Below, piece after piece: positions 13,010-25,701 of a stretch of 64,000 bases of DNA. Numbering within the stretch: the stretch's first letter is position 1; every line of letters begins with the position of its first letter. A program made the translations under genes and the position numbers. The DNA comes from Felis catus (taxonomy: Eukaryota): NCBI RefSeq assembly GCF_018350175.1, contig NC_058368.1:74898001-74962000 (forward strand), in the 5' to 3' direction. Under the pieces are notes generated by a model. It worked only from the letters and a program-made list of their open reading frames with translations. It ran no database searches and had not been told where the DNA came from.

Positions 13010-13191
13010 GGGCATCTGAGTGGCTCAGTCGGTTAAACGTCTGACTTTTGCTCAGGTCATGACCTCGCGGTCCCTGAGTTTGAGCCCCGCATTTGGACTC
13101 TGCATTGGGCTCTGTGCTGACAGCTCAGAGCCTGGAGCCTGCTTCGGACTCTGTGTCTCCCTCTCTCTCTGTACCTTTCCTGTTCATGCTC

Positions 13192-13247
<56 letters not shown>

Positions 13248-13302
13248 CCCTGTCTTTCTCTCTCTCTCTCTCTCAAAAATAAATAAATATTAAAAAAATA
13301 AA
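13010..13302 (+). mobile_element. Can-SINE with expanded (CT)n and short internal duplication
   Basis: Head, duplicated gcatt(t)gg.ctct segment, long (CT)n at about 13197-13244, TSD aagaatatt. Confidence 0.95.
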
Positions 13303-14838
13303 AAGAATATTCTATCTTTAACATCCTTAGCCCTCCCCCCCTCCCCCCCATCCTGCCACAGTTGGGAAAAGTGGAGATGCTGTGTTATTGCCCCTTTTTC
13401 CAGGCCTGTTCTGGATGGAGAAGTAAAAGAGGAACCATTGTCTTTAAATATTTCCTTCTCTTCAGGTACAGGTATCTAGGACATGTTTTTCTTATTACAT
13501 GTGATGTTATTTCTATGATTTGAGGTCTTCAAATATCATCTTTAACAGTAAAACAACAACGAAAAGTCTCCAAGACATTTTAGTGGGGTATTTTTTTTGT
13601 AGTTGCATTTGTGGATTTTTGCCCCCCCCCCCCAGAGGAGGCGGGGATGCATTTTTTTTTTTTTTGGAAGCAATTTAGGGCCTGTTCAAAACTGAGTACA
13701 AAATTGTGCACAGGCACTGACACCCTCACCTTGAAGATGTTGACCCTCTGGTAATCTAACCCCTGATAAAAGTGAGAATTTTTATTTTGGTTTCTAATTC
13801 CTCATGATTTAAAAACAAGTCCAAGGCAAGTAGTTAAGCTATAATGGCTTCTAATGACGGTGACTTTTAAGAACAATGACCCTCTGAGATGAAACTATTT
13901 GGTCATTCGTAGGTTAGTTAACCTTTCGGAAGCTCAAAGCCTCAATTCTAGCAGGGAAGGAACTTCAGAGTACAAACAGGTCTGTGCCTTTGGTGAAAAT
14001 TGGCACAAGATAATTTAACTGGTGACTTTCTGAAGGAAGGATATTTACTCAGGTGTGGCGTGAATATTGTATCAATAAACAATGGAAATGAATATTGCTA
14101 ATTAATTGAGAATATTGGGATCTAGCTTATTTTTTATCAATGAGTGTTAACAATGACAATATCAAGGGGATTTCTTTAAATGGCTAAAAAGATCAGTCTA
14201 TCCAAAGTCCATCAATTATTTACTTAAGGAAATAAATTTTTTCTCTCTATGTTTTTTAGTAAAAAGAAATAGCTGTTTTCAGTTTAGTGTCCAGTAAGTT
14301 TGACCTGAATGTATAGTGATATAACAAGAAAATACTTGGCTAACATTGAGGTCATTTAATTTGTGTTTTATAGCTAGAAACCTAAATTTTTGTGTTCTAT
14401 GTAGGAGAATTTATCTTAGCATTTCGTGTGTGTGTGGTGGGAAGTGGCTTATGCTAGAAATGTATGACCCTGGAACATAATCATGTAACTATTTTAAGCC
14501 ACTGAATGTCTTTACTTTTCATTACTTTTAATTTTTCATGGACTACCCATTATTAAAAAAATCTTTGGATCATAGTAGTCTTAATATTCAAGGTAGATAG
14601 GCCAAGAAAGGCATATGAGTTATAACATCAGGAAAGGGGCTTGCCTTTTTCTACACTGATCATTAGTATAGTCTATGTCTTTAATTGACATCAAAGATTA
14701 GTTGATTTAAAAATTTGATGTTATCACTATACAATAATTCCCTACATTCTGTGGAGCACAGAACTTGACACAATAGAGAAAAAAAAAGCCTTAAGAGCTT
14801 TTTCTGTTCTTTTTTTTTTTTTTAAAAATTTTCATGTT

Positions 14839-15052
14839 GGGGCGCCTGGGTGGCTCAGCCGGTTAAGCGGCCGACTTCGGCTCAGGTCATGATCTCGAGG
14901 TCCGTGAGTTCAAGCACCGAGTCGGGCTCTGTGCTGACGGCCCAGAGCCTGGAGCCTGTTTCGGATTCTGTGTCTCCCTCTCTCTCTGACCCTCCCCCGT
15001 TCATGCTCTGTCTCTCTCTGTCTCAAAAATAAATAAATGTTAAAAAAAAAAA
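14839..15052 (+). mobile_element. Feline Can-SINE inserted into the tail of an opposite-strand SINE
   Basis: Full head to tail; duplicated tcatgtt at 14832-14838 and 15053-15059. Confidence 0.96.
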
Positions 15053-15059
15053 TCATGTT

Positions 15060-15247
15060 TATGTATTTTTAAGAGAGAGAGACAGAGCCTGAGCTAGGGA
15101 GTGACAGAGAGGGGGACACAGAATCTGAAATGGGCTCCAGGCTCCGAGCCGTCAGCACAGAGCCGGTCGCGGGGCTTGAACTCACAAACCGTGAGATCAT
15201 GACCTGAGCCGAAGTCAGACGCTTATCCGACTGAGCCACCAGGTGCC
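15060..15247 (-). mobile_element. Can-SINE whose tail continues at about 14803-14831
   Basis: Reverse-complement body ending gagccaccaggtgcc; poly-T tail separated by the nested SINE. Confidence 0.94.
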
Positions 15248-15734
15248 TTGAGAACTTTTCCTTTTCTACCAGATGCTGACTTCTAAGTGATTATGGCTAT
15301 CATTGATTTTTATGCAAAAAGTTGGTCACGCTAACTAAATTCTGCCACTCCCTCCTGTGCCTCAAAATACGTTTGATATTTACAATTTTTTACACCTTCA
15401 TTTCCTTTTCAATTGTCGTTGGAAGCTGTTACATTGGTAGGTCAAGTGTTGCTTCTTTATGCCACCGTGGTGTTGTTTCTTTGCTGCTCTGTTGAAATCA
15501 TTCATCAGACAGCGATTGTTCTATATAAGCGATGAGGTATGCGTAGGATGAACAGCAGTGCCGCCGAGAGTAGTCTCTGTATAATTGCTCAGAATACGCT
15601 ACTCGAATTCCATTTGTCTTCCCCACATGGGTGATAAGAGAGACGGTTGTTTATGCATCACTCACCTAGATCGTATTGCGAGAACTAGAAATTGTATTTG
15701 CAAGTACAATTTCAGAGTTCCTGGCGAGACTCAC

Positions 15735-15965
15735 CATAGCCCTGGAATGACAAGGATGTTTTCAGGATGCATGGATAATGCGTGTTGTACATCCTGTTAT
15801 AAAACACTGGCAAGTGTGCTCTATTATCTCCGATGTAGAAAATCACTCCTCCTCTCCTTTGCCTCCTCTCTGTCTGACTTCATCAGGGCTTTGCTGGATT
15901 TGTGGAGCCTGTATGAGGGGCACCTGGCAGAAATTGGGAGAGACGGCAAACTTCCTTGGGGACCT
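15735..15965 (-). other. Candidate first exon ending in ATG
   Basis: Consensus donor GGGCTATG|gtgagt at 15735/15734; TATA-like element at 15992-16000; repeat-free context; 5' boundary is a guess. Confidence 0.35.
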
Positions 15966-17867
15966 CGGAGAGAGAAGAGCTGCGCATGAAGTATATAAAA
16001 GAGTTGGTGGGAAATGGAATGCCCTCTAGATGGAAATCACATGTGCATCTCAATGCCACAATATTTTCACCATGTGATTGAAATCATATTAACCTTTTGC
16101 AAATTGTAATGTCATTCGTAGGATTGTCTAACACGATTTAGGGTTCATCTTATGAACACCGCGGCCGTCAAGGTTAACAAGGCGATGTGGTATAGAAGAC
16201 AAAGCGCCTAAATAATTCTAGTGTTATTTTTGGACATCCAGGTGGACATACAGGCAATGATGATGTGAAATGTCTGGAGTTCATTTTAAGGTATAAAACA
16301 TGCGACAGGAAAACCTAGCAATGCGGGACGACTTAAGAGGAAGCTCAGTTTTAGATATAGGCTCAAAAAACTGAAATCTAGGTGAGGTTGTCCGAAAGGA
16401 CAAGGAACTAAGTGAAGAGGAAAAAGTGAGAATAAAGTATGCTGGTTAAAAAGACAAGATTTTAGATTTGATTAATCATGTTGCCGTAAGTCATTTCGTT
16501 AATCTCACGTAATGTAAATGGACGTGTTGGTAAAATCCTATAAATGGACAAAAAGGGACGAGGTAGTTGATATTGCCAGAAACATGTAAGATAGCTCATT
16601 TATGGTCCCAGGTAGAGAATATCCAGAGTGAACCTGAGCCTACAGAAACAAGCAGAGAGACAAATCAATGGACGGAAATATATTACGACTAAAAAAAGAG
16701 TTTGCCGTTGTGTATACGCACTTGCCATGGACTGTTACCCAAGACATGTCATTTGGAAAACCATTTGTACTAAGCATACTTTAGCACGACTGCAGTATTT
16801 TTTCCATTTTAAATGTCTTGAAATATACTATATATTTTATCTAAACTATGTGATATTTTAATACAAACAAATGGAAACTGATTTGCCCTAGTCTCGTTTA
16901 CACACCATTCATTTAGATCATCTTATATTTGTAAATACACAATCCCTGTCTGGCAAAACATAAAGAAAAAAAAAACCAAAAAGTTAAATATTCACGCAAA
17001 AGCCTTGGACAAGGGAGTGAAGGTTTTCCTGGCCGTTTAGTTAGAAATGATGGTTTCCACTACAGTTTTGAAATGAAAAAAAAAAATAGATTTCTAAATT
17101 GGGTGTCTGGAGTAGAGTCCTAAGTGCCGTGGACCCTTACTCAAGCTCCGCCATAAATAGAACCAAGTAAAGAACTTCAAATTTGGCTGGAAGTGATGTA
17201 TTTGAATTTCCCAAAGCAGATACTGTCGGAGCATCTGAGAATCAGGAGGAGGTCAAGGTCACGTCTGCGGATTCACTGACTGTCACTCTTTCTCTCTCTT
17301 TGCCCCCTGGCTTCTTCATCCCTCCCACTCTCCCTTTCCTTCCTGGCGTGTGGATACAGCTCTTACTTGCTAGGTAGGACTGGCAAGTTACATAACCCCT
17401 TTGTGCATCAGTTTCCATGAAAAATAGACATAAAAAGCCTACCGACCTGGCAGGGTTGCCTCCAGGGTTACACGTGTTAACACGCATGTAGCAGACGCTA
17501 CTGGCTCAGGTTCAGATGCCTGGATCTCAGGTTCAGATGCCCCTTTGGTCCGCTCTTCCTCTCCGTGCAGCGGGACTTCTGCATTTCCCCCTCATCCATT
17601 CTTTCTCTGTGCCTTGCCCTTGTGGTGGTGGAAGCCTCTCTAGAAGGGGGAACCTAGAAGTTTCCTCCAAGCCCTACAAAACCTAAATACTTTGCATGAA
17701 GGCAAGACAGCTCGGAGGAGCCTCGGCTGGAGTCTGGCTACATACCGGACTCTACCTGACCCCACATCGTTGAGTAGCTGGTTTCCTTTCCCTAGCTTGC
17801 TTCTCGCAATCATTATGGGTCTTTCCTGAGATTTTCCATCATAAATGGACTCTTGAAGAGTCCAGAG

Positions 17868-18191
17868 AAGTTGATTCTTGAACAACACGGAGGTTGGGCT
17901 GCTGGCCCCCGCGCACTCGAAAAATCTGTATGTAACTTTCCCCCCCAAACCTAACAACGGATAGCCTACTATTGACCGGAAGCCTCCCTGACAACAGAGT
18001 CAATGAACACATCGCTTGTATATCTATTATACATTGTATTCTTATAAGAAAGTAAGCTAGAGAATAGAAGTTAGTAAGAAAGTCAAAAGAAATGAAAATA
18101 TATGTACATTACTTTTCCATATTTACCAGCAAAAATTCGCCCGTTAAGCGGGCCCAGGCGGTTCAAACCCATACGGTTCAAGGGTCACCTA
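17868..18191. mobile_element. Tigger2-family (TcMar-Tigger) non-autonomous DNA transposon
   Basis: Degenerate TIRs agttgattcttgaacaacacgg and ccatacggttcaagggtcacct; internal gcctactattgaccggaagcct motif. Confidence 0.8.
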
Positions 18192-19399
18192 TATGTAGAA
18201 AACACTGAACATTCAGGGGCATTGCAAGCGCTTAGTAAAAAAGTGCTTAATGTTGTTACTCTTATTCTTACTTCCTTCATCGAGTATGTATGGGGCACTA
18301 CTATTTAACAGGCATTCTGCTGGCCTGAGCCTCTTCCCCAGACAGTAGTAACAAAGCCCAATGCATTGACAGAAGCCTGCAGGGGCTACACGATAGGTGG
18401 GATTGGAGATTAAGTGGAAAATGTAGCAAATCTGTAGCCCGAGGAAGCGCATCAATCAGGAAAATTGCTGCTAACTGCATTTTTCTTTCATTTTGTAAAA
18501 TACCTGGTGAGATAGGCAGTGATCTTTTGCAAGTCATTTCAATATTACATTTAATAATAAATGTGTGTGGTATTTCCCGGTTTGTGTATTTTATTTCGCT
18601 ATCAAAAACGAGTATTTATGTTTGCTCCAGTTAGGCCTTATTTCCATGGCATTTTCAAGCCAGCTTCTTATCACAAAACTGTAGCCTTCCTAAATGTCTT
18701 CCCCAATTAACCAGTTGGCAGGATTCGTTTTTTGCTCTAATGGTTATGGCTTTTGGTTATGGCTTTGTCAACATGTTATCTTTTCCAGAAAGAACCACAA
18801 TAAACTGAATGAAAAGTGAAGCCTCCCAATTCGAGGCTCCCTCCCCACTTTCTCCTCAAAGACATACTCAGAACAACTACTTGCGATTCATGAATTTTCT
18901 GGAATCTGGATATTTGCATTATCAAGATTTCAAAGATATGAATGAAGTCTATTTAAACTCGGTGCACTGCGATTCATTTTAGTTGAGATGTTTGCATAAT
19001 ATATATAGTATTCCCTCAAGCAGAGGGCAGGATAAAAACGCTTATTGAGCTGAGCTGCAGGAAAGTACGCAAGGATTTATCTAAAGGTCAGTGAATGTCC
19101 TAAGAAATGTTGTTCATAACTAAAAGTAGTTACTATAATGAAGTTAAAGGTTTATACCTAAACTCAGATTTGAAAAATACTTTGTTTCTCTATAAAATCT
19201 TCTTCATTCTTGACTTCCTCCTCTAGGAGAAAACACAGAGTGGGGTGGGGGTGAGCGAGGGTGGGAAGGTTCTGAAGCTTACATTCACCTGTTTATAGAG
19301 CTCTTTGCTTCCTCTATGTCCAAAGGGTCCACATTCTCATTTGTCTTAGGCACCTAGAGACTCAAGTTTACCCGGAAGTGACCTGGCTAAATCAGGGTA

Positions 19400-20450
19400 T
19401 GATTACGGTTTTACAAAATGGCGGAACTGGTTTTCCAAGCGTTTGTACCATTTGCAGCCCTCATTTGTTGTGCTTGAGAGTTCCAGATCCCTCCCATCCT
19501 CCTCAATATTTCCTACCGTCTGACTTTTTAATTCTAATAGCTGTTTAGTGGTACCCCATTTTGGTTCTAATATACATGTCCTTAATGATTGATAATATTG
19601 AGCATCTTTGTATATCTACCTTGGTGAAATACTTCAATCATTTTTAAACTAAGCTGTTTGTTGTCTGATCAGTGAGGTTTGAGAGTTCTTTATATATTCC
19701 GGACCCAAGTGCTTTATCAGATATATGATCTGCGAATATTTTTATTCCTAGTTTGTGGGTTTTTTTCTCTTCGTTTAAACAACTTTTTTTTCAAAAGTAG
19801 ACTTTTTTTTTTTTTTAGCTGTGATAAAGAACAATTTACTGATTTGTTATTTTACAGGTAGGACTTTTGGTGTCATATCTGGAAATAACTTTTCCTAACT
19901 GAAAAACACTAAAATAAGCCTCTATGTTTTCTTCCAGAGGATGTAGAGTTTTAGAGTTTATATTTGTGTCTCTCATCCATTTTGAGTACATTTTTTTTTA
20001 ATATTTTTTTTTCAACGTTTATTTATTTTTGGGACAGAGAGAGACAGAGCATGAACGGGGGAGGGACAGAGAGAGAGGGAGACACAGAATCGGAAACAGG
20101 CTCCAGGCTCTGAGCCATCAGCCCAGAGCCTGACGCGGGGCTCGAACTCACGGACCGCGAGATTGTGACCTGGCCGAAGTCGGACGCTTAACCGACTGCG
20201 CCACCCAGGCGCCCCTTGAGTACATTTTTAAATGGCCCAATGTGTGGATTCAAACTCAGGTTTTCTGCATATAGATACTCAAGTGTTCCATTGCTGCTCC
20301 TGAACAGTTCCCTTTCTCCACTCCACTGTCTTTGCATCTTTGTGGAAAGTCAGTATATGTTGCCCTTGTAGATATGTGTCTATTTCTGAACTCTATTCCC
20401 ATCCAGTGGTCTATTTGTATGCCCATGCACTGATCCCACACTAACTTGAT
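19400..20450 (-). mobile_element. Old L1 ORF2 3' fragment, interrupted by a SINE
   Basis: Antisense L1 motifs; ORF 20256..20453 gives decayed ORF2 residues (IKLVW...IDHW). Confidence 0.85.
19996..20215 (-). mobile_element. Young feline Can-SINE
   Basis: TSD ttgagtacattttt at 19982-19995 and 20216-20229. Confidence 0.97.
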
Positions 20451-20469
20451 CACGTCTCCTTCAGCTCAG

Positions 20470-20993
20470 GTCATGGCAGTGTCACCGGGAAACCAAGTTG
20501 GTGCAGACCTGAGCCCAGGCTGCGTGGTTGCTTTCTGATCTCTTTCCTCGCCCTGCCCCCCCCCCCCACAGGCCCGGATGCTGCTGGGTGCCCCCTTAGT
20601 ATCAGGCAGCATCCTGGAGCCGCCCGGGCCCAAGGTGATTCCTGCAGAGGGAGGTCTCTCCAGCTCCTGGTCGCCACAACACCTGCAGTAGCACGCTGAG
20701 TCCTTGTCCATCAATAGCAGCTGGCCTGTGTCCCAGAGCTCTGCCACTTGCCCAGGAACTCAGGAGAAGCCTCTGCCCGGGCAACCCAGTGAACTTCCAT
20801 TGAATTAGCAGCACCTCCACCTTCTACACCAAGAGGTGAGTCTTCCTTCTAAGTGTGCTCTTCTGTACGCGGTATCCCCCAGACTTGTAAGACCTTCTAG
20901 AGTTCTCTCTTCGTGTCTTTTTTTTAAAGTTTATTTATTTATTTTGAGAAAAACAGGCTGTCAGAGAGGGAGAGAGAGAGAGAGAAGAGAGCT

Positions 20994-21033
<40 letters not shown>

Positions 21034-21313
21034 CAAAGCAGCCTTACACCATCAGTACATAGCCCGATGTGGGGCTTGAACGCACAAACTGTGAGATCAT
21101 GACCTGAGCTGAAATCAAGAGCTGGACACTTAACCAATTGAACCCACCCAGGCGCCCCTCTGTCTCCAAGTTTTGGCTTCCCCTCCTATGGTTGCTTCAT
21201 ATTAATATTCTTTATATTATATAAATAATATATATTACGATATATAAAATTACTTGTGTTAAAATCCTCTTTACCTTGTGGTTTCTGTCTCCAGATTGGA
21301 TACAGACTGATCC
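20470..21313 (+). mobile_element. ERVL (MLT2-like) LTR relic interrupted by a SINE
   Basis: GC-rich body; 3' end tgtggtttctgtctccagattggatacagactgatcca resembles an MLT2 terminus. Confidence 0.5.
20918..21158 (-). mobile_element. Can-SINE with (GA)n expansion
   Basis: Tail, (GA)n, ends acccaggcgcccc. Confidence 0.93.
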
Positions 21314-21319
21314 AAGCTT

Positions 21320-23655
21320 TTCCTATCCTTCTATTTTTATCCAATATTTGCCTTTATATTTGCAGCACATCACTTGCATTCATTGTATAGTCAGGTCTTG
21401 CATTTTTATAATTGACAAATTTGGGGGTGTTTAGACCACTTACATTTAATATGACTAGTGATATTATCAGGTTTAAATCTGCCTTCTTTTTACTTATTTA
21501 ATATCAGTTTTCCTTGTTCTTCCTTACCTTTTTTTCTTTTTTTGACTCTTTTTAATGAGCTGAGTATTTTTAAATTATCCCACATTATCTCATTTGTTGG
21601 TTTCTTAACTAGCTATAACTTTTTGGTTTTTTTTTGTTTTATTTTGTTTTAGTGTTGCTTTGGGTTTTAGAATATCCACATTTAACTCATCACAGTCTAT
21701 CATTACATGACAATGTATGATTTCAGGCACAGACACTAAGCTTAAACAGTAGATTTCCATCCCTCCCCTATCCAGCTTGGTGCTATTTTGTGATACATCT
21801 CACTACTTTTACGTTTTTACAAACCTTAGTCTACATGGTTAGTATGTTTGCTTAAATAATAAATCACCTTTCAAAAATTTAAACAATAAGGAATATTTAA
21901 TAGCTTTGTATCCATAGTTACCATTGCAGGGAGTGTGCATTCCTTTGTGTAGATTCAGATTTCCATGTGGTGTGATTTTTCTTCTTCCTGAAGACCCAGC
22001 TTTTACTTTCCTTATAGTGCAGATTTATTAGATATGGAGTCTTCTGGATTTTGTCTGTCTGAAAGTATTTTGCCTTTGCTCTTTGAGAGATTTTTCACTG
22101 AATATGGCATTCTATAATATAGAATTCATTGAGCATAGAATTTAAAGAGATGATCTCACTGTCTTCCCGCTTTCTCTCTGATAAAATATCCACTGTCAAC
22201 CTTATTTTGTTTTGTTTTTTGTTTTTCCAACTTCCCTTTAAGATCATCTCTTAATCTTTGGTTTTAACTAATTCAGTTATGCAGATGTATTTAGTATTCC
22301 TCATGTTTATGAAGTTTGACTCCTTTGAACTACTTGGATTTGTGAGTTTATAATTTTAATCGAATTTGGAAAAAATAAGCCTTTTTTTTCCAAATATATT
22401 TTTTTCTGTCTTGCTTTCCTCCTTTGAGAACTCCAATTACACGTGTATTAGACTTCTTTTCTTAGTTTTTTTAAGTTTATTTATTTATCTTATCTCTCTC
22501 CGTCTCTCTGTCTTTCTCTCTCCCTCTCTCTGGGAGAGAGAATTCCAAGAATGCTCCACACTTTCAATATGGAGCCCAATGTGGTGCTCAAACTCACAAA
22601 CCATGAGCTCATGATCTGAGCTGAAACCAAGAGTTGTATGCTTAACTGACTGAGCCACCCAGGCATCAGTATTAAGCTTCTTGAGGTTGATCTCACAAGT
22701 AATGGATATTGTCTGTTCATATATTCTTTCCTCTCTCTGTTATTCATTTTAGATACGATGCATTGTTATATCTTTAGATTCCTTAACCTTCTTCGGCAGT
22801 ATCTAGTCTGTCATTAATCTCATCCAGTGTATCGTTCATCTTAGACACTACAGTTTTCATCGCTGGAAATTCAATGTGCGTCTCTTTTATATTTTCTTTG
22901 TCTATATTTTATGAGCATGTAGGATACAGCTATAATATTGTCAGTGTTCTTACATTGTGATTCTAACAGATGGGAGTTCTGGGTTGGGTTTCATCGATTA
23001 CTCTCCTGTTCAAGTCATGTTTTCTTGCTTCTTTACATACATATCTCACCCATATCGATGCAAGACTTTGTGAACTTTACCCTCGTAGAGACTAGATCTC
23101 CTTGAATTCCTTGAAATATTATTGAGTATAGTTCTGGGCTTCCGTTTACTTGGAAAGAGTTTGATACTTTCATGTTTTCTTTTAAAATTCATTATGGGAA
23201 CCAGAGCAGTTTTTGCTTTAGAGCTGATCGTTTCCCACTAATGAGTCAGCACACTTCTCTGTACTCTATGGATGCCTTGTAAATATGAGTTTTCTGGTCT
23301 CTCTGGTAGGAGGAGGCACTGCTGTCAGCCTTGCAAGAGCTCCTAATCCTGTTCTTTCTAATCACGTTGAGTGATCCTTTCCACGGCTGCAGGGAGTTTC
23401 TTCACATACAGATGCTGATCAGACCTGTGCTGAGGCTTTACAGGAAGCCTCGGAGTTCTCTCTGCACACCTCTCCCCTGTGCCCTGTGAATTGTCTCTGC
23501 TTTGGTCTCTCCTGACTCTCAGTTCTGTCTGCTCAAACAAGGGAGTGTGCCCAGCTCTGTCTGGGTTTTTCCTCCCAGAGCCATGGTCTTCTCACTCCTT
23601 CAAGGCAGTAAAACAGGACAATTGTAGGGCTCAACTTACCTGTTTCCTGTCCTTC
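21320..23655 (-). mobile_element. Old L1 (L1M-type) 5'UTR/ORF1/early ORF2 relic
   Basis: T-rich antisense L1 motifs such as tttagaccacttacatttaat, tgtctgaaagtattt and tctagtctgtcattaatctcatccagtg. Confidence 0.7.
22456..22667 (-). mobile_element. Can-SINE
   Basis: Reverse-complement head ctgagccacccaggcatc; degenerate TSD gtatta..cttctt. Confidence 0.9.
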
Positions 23656-23657
23656 CA

Positions 23658-24270
23658 TGTGTGTTCAGTTTCAATTGCTGCCATAACAAATTAGTATAAA
23701 CTTAGAGACTTAAAGCAAAACTACTTCTTTTCCACAGTTCTGTAGATCAGATGTCCAGACGTAGTGTGGCTCAGCTGATTCTCTGCCTACAGTCTCGCAA
23801 GGCTGCAATAAAGATTCTGGAAACACTGAATTCCCTTCTCGAGGCTCCAGAGTACAACCTGTTATTTGGCCTAGTCATCTATTGCTGGCAGAATTCATTT
23901 TCATGTGGCTGTAGGACACGGGCTTTTCTCAGTTTCTAGATGACTGCTCATATATCCCAGCCAGTATCAACTTCAAAGCCAAGTTTGGTGTGTCAAGACC
24001 GTCCAGGCTTCTCCTGTCTGTGATCTCGCCTCTGGCCTCATCTCCTGCCTCTTCTCTTCTTTTGCAGCCGCACTCTTATTGACTCTTCTGCCTTCCTCTT
24101 CCGTGATTACTTTGGGATCCCCTTGATGGTCCAGGATGACCGCTCTGTCTCCAAGTCAGCTGATTGGTAACCATAATGCAATTCACAGAGTTCCTTCACA
24201 GCAGGGCTTGCTTACATCATCTGAATGGATATCCAGAGGGTGGTATTCTCAGAGCGTCCTCCTTAGAATT
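23658..24270 (-). mobile_element. MaLR (MLT1-type) LTR relic
   Basis: tgtgttcagtttcaattgctgccataacaaatta...cacagttctgtagatcagatgtcc is a typical MLT1 end. Confidence 0.75.
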
Positions 24271-24648
24271 CTGGCTATTGCACTTAGAATCACTGACGTG
24301 TTTTGGTCTGATATCCAGTGCCTTGAAAATCATTGAGCTGGTGTTTTGTTTGTTGCAGATGGGATTGAAAATCTATTTCCTGCTACTCCATTTTGGACAG
24401 AAGGTAATAATATCAATGTTCAGGCTTTCAGTGTTTCTCTTACCTCTGCCTCTCCACGAGGCTGTCTATGTGCTACTGTAATAGGTAGAGAAGGGGCTGT
24501 TGGCATGACCGAGGGACCTTGTTTTGTTCTTGAACTTCTATTTATTTCTAACACACAGCACCTGGGTGAGTCTGATCCCTGCCATCTTGGTGCCTGTGAA
24601 TGCACAGCTGGGCTTATTGATTGGGTTGCCATCATAACACCTGCCATG

Positions 24649-24852
24649 AAGTGCACCTGGGTGGCTCAGTCAGATAAACATCTGACTCTTGATTTCAGCT
24701 CAAGTCATGATCTCAGAGTTCATGAATTTGAGCCCCACCTTATCGAGCTCTGCACTGATGGTGTGGAGCCTGCTTAGAATTCTCCCTCTGTCCCTGCCCT
24801 GCTCTCTCTCTCTCTCTCTCTCCCTCTCTCAAAATAAATAAACATTAAAAAA
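24649..24852 (+). mobile_element. Can-SINE (older)
   Basis: cacctgggtggctcagtcag head, CT tract, aataaa tail. Confidence 0.92.
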
Positions 24853-25485
24853 TAACATCTACAGTGGAAATCCATAGGCCTGGCCCTCAACTCTAATGCA
24901 GAATTAGCCACACACTCTGTTTTCTATGTCCTAATCCTGGTTTTCTGCCGGAGAGCAGTAACTCAGAATAGACACAAGCCCCATCCCTCTTCTCCCACCA
25001 CAGAATTCTACAATTCTACCACTCCACTTGGAAGAAGAAACTTCTGGCTATGCTGAAAGCCACACAATGGCTATGGATAATCAAGATGGCTACCTTAGAA
25101 AATCTATACTTGAACTTCACTTTCCCAGTGCTGGGCTTAGTTCCTACATTATTTTTCTAGAACATCAGATTGCAGGGTTTCTCTTGGATGCTTGCAACCT
25201 GCCCCAGACAGCATCTGCAGAAGACGGACACACCCAGATCTTGGGTTTATGGTGTCATGTTCCTAGTCTGTGGGTGCTGCCTTCAGAATTCTTCACCTTT
25301 CCCACCAGTCCTAAAATCTTCCCTTGCTCCTAACCTGAACAGAGAAAGAAGACTTTCTGCTTTGTCCTGAGTAGATTTCCTGGAAAAGTCTTTTTTCTCT
25401 AGTACTTCTTAATGATAATTTAGGTTTGCTAGGCTTTTCTTCTGATGTGGAAAGAGAAACCAAAATAAAAATATGCTGGTTAACT

Positions 25486-25701
25486 TATTTTTATTATTAT
25501 TTTGTATTTATTTTTGAGAGAGACAGGGACAGAGAGTGAGTGGTAGAGGGGCAGAGAGAGAGGGAGACACAGAACCCGAAGCAGGTTCCAAGCTCCGAGT
25601 TGTCAACACAGAGCCCAACGTGAGGCTCAGACTCATGAACCATGAGATCATGACCTGAGCGGAAGTCGGACTCTTAACCGACTGAGCCACCCAGGTGACC
25701 C
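25486..25701 (-). mobile_element. Can-SINE
   Basis: Reverse-complement consensus. Confidence 0.94.

Noticed and set aside
15585..15989. 134-aa Cys-rich plus-strand ORF
   Set aside because: Non-ATG start, no recognisable family; signals here favour the minus strand.
20470..20900. GC-rich patch as a CpG-island promoter
   Set aside because: Few CpGs and it lies inside a probable LTR relic between L1 fragments.
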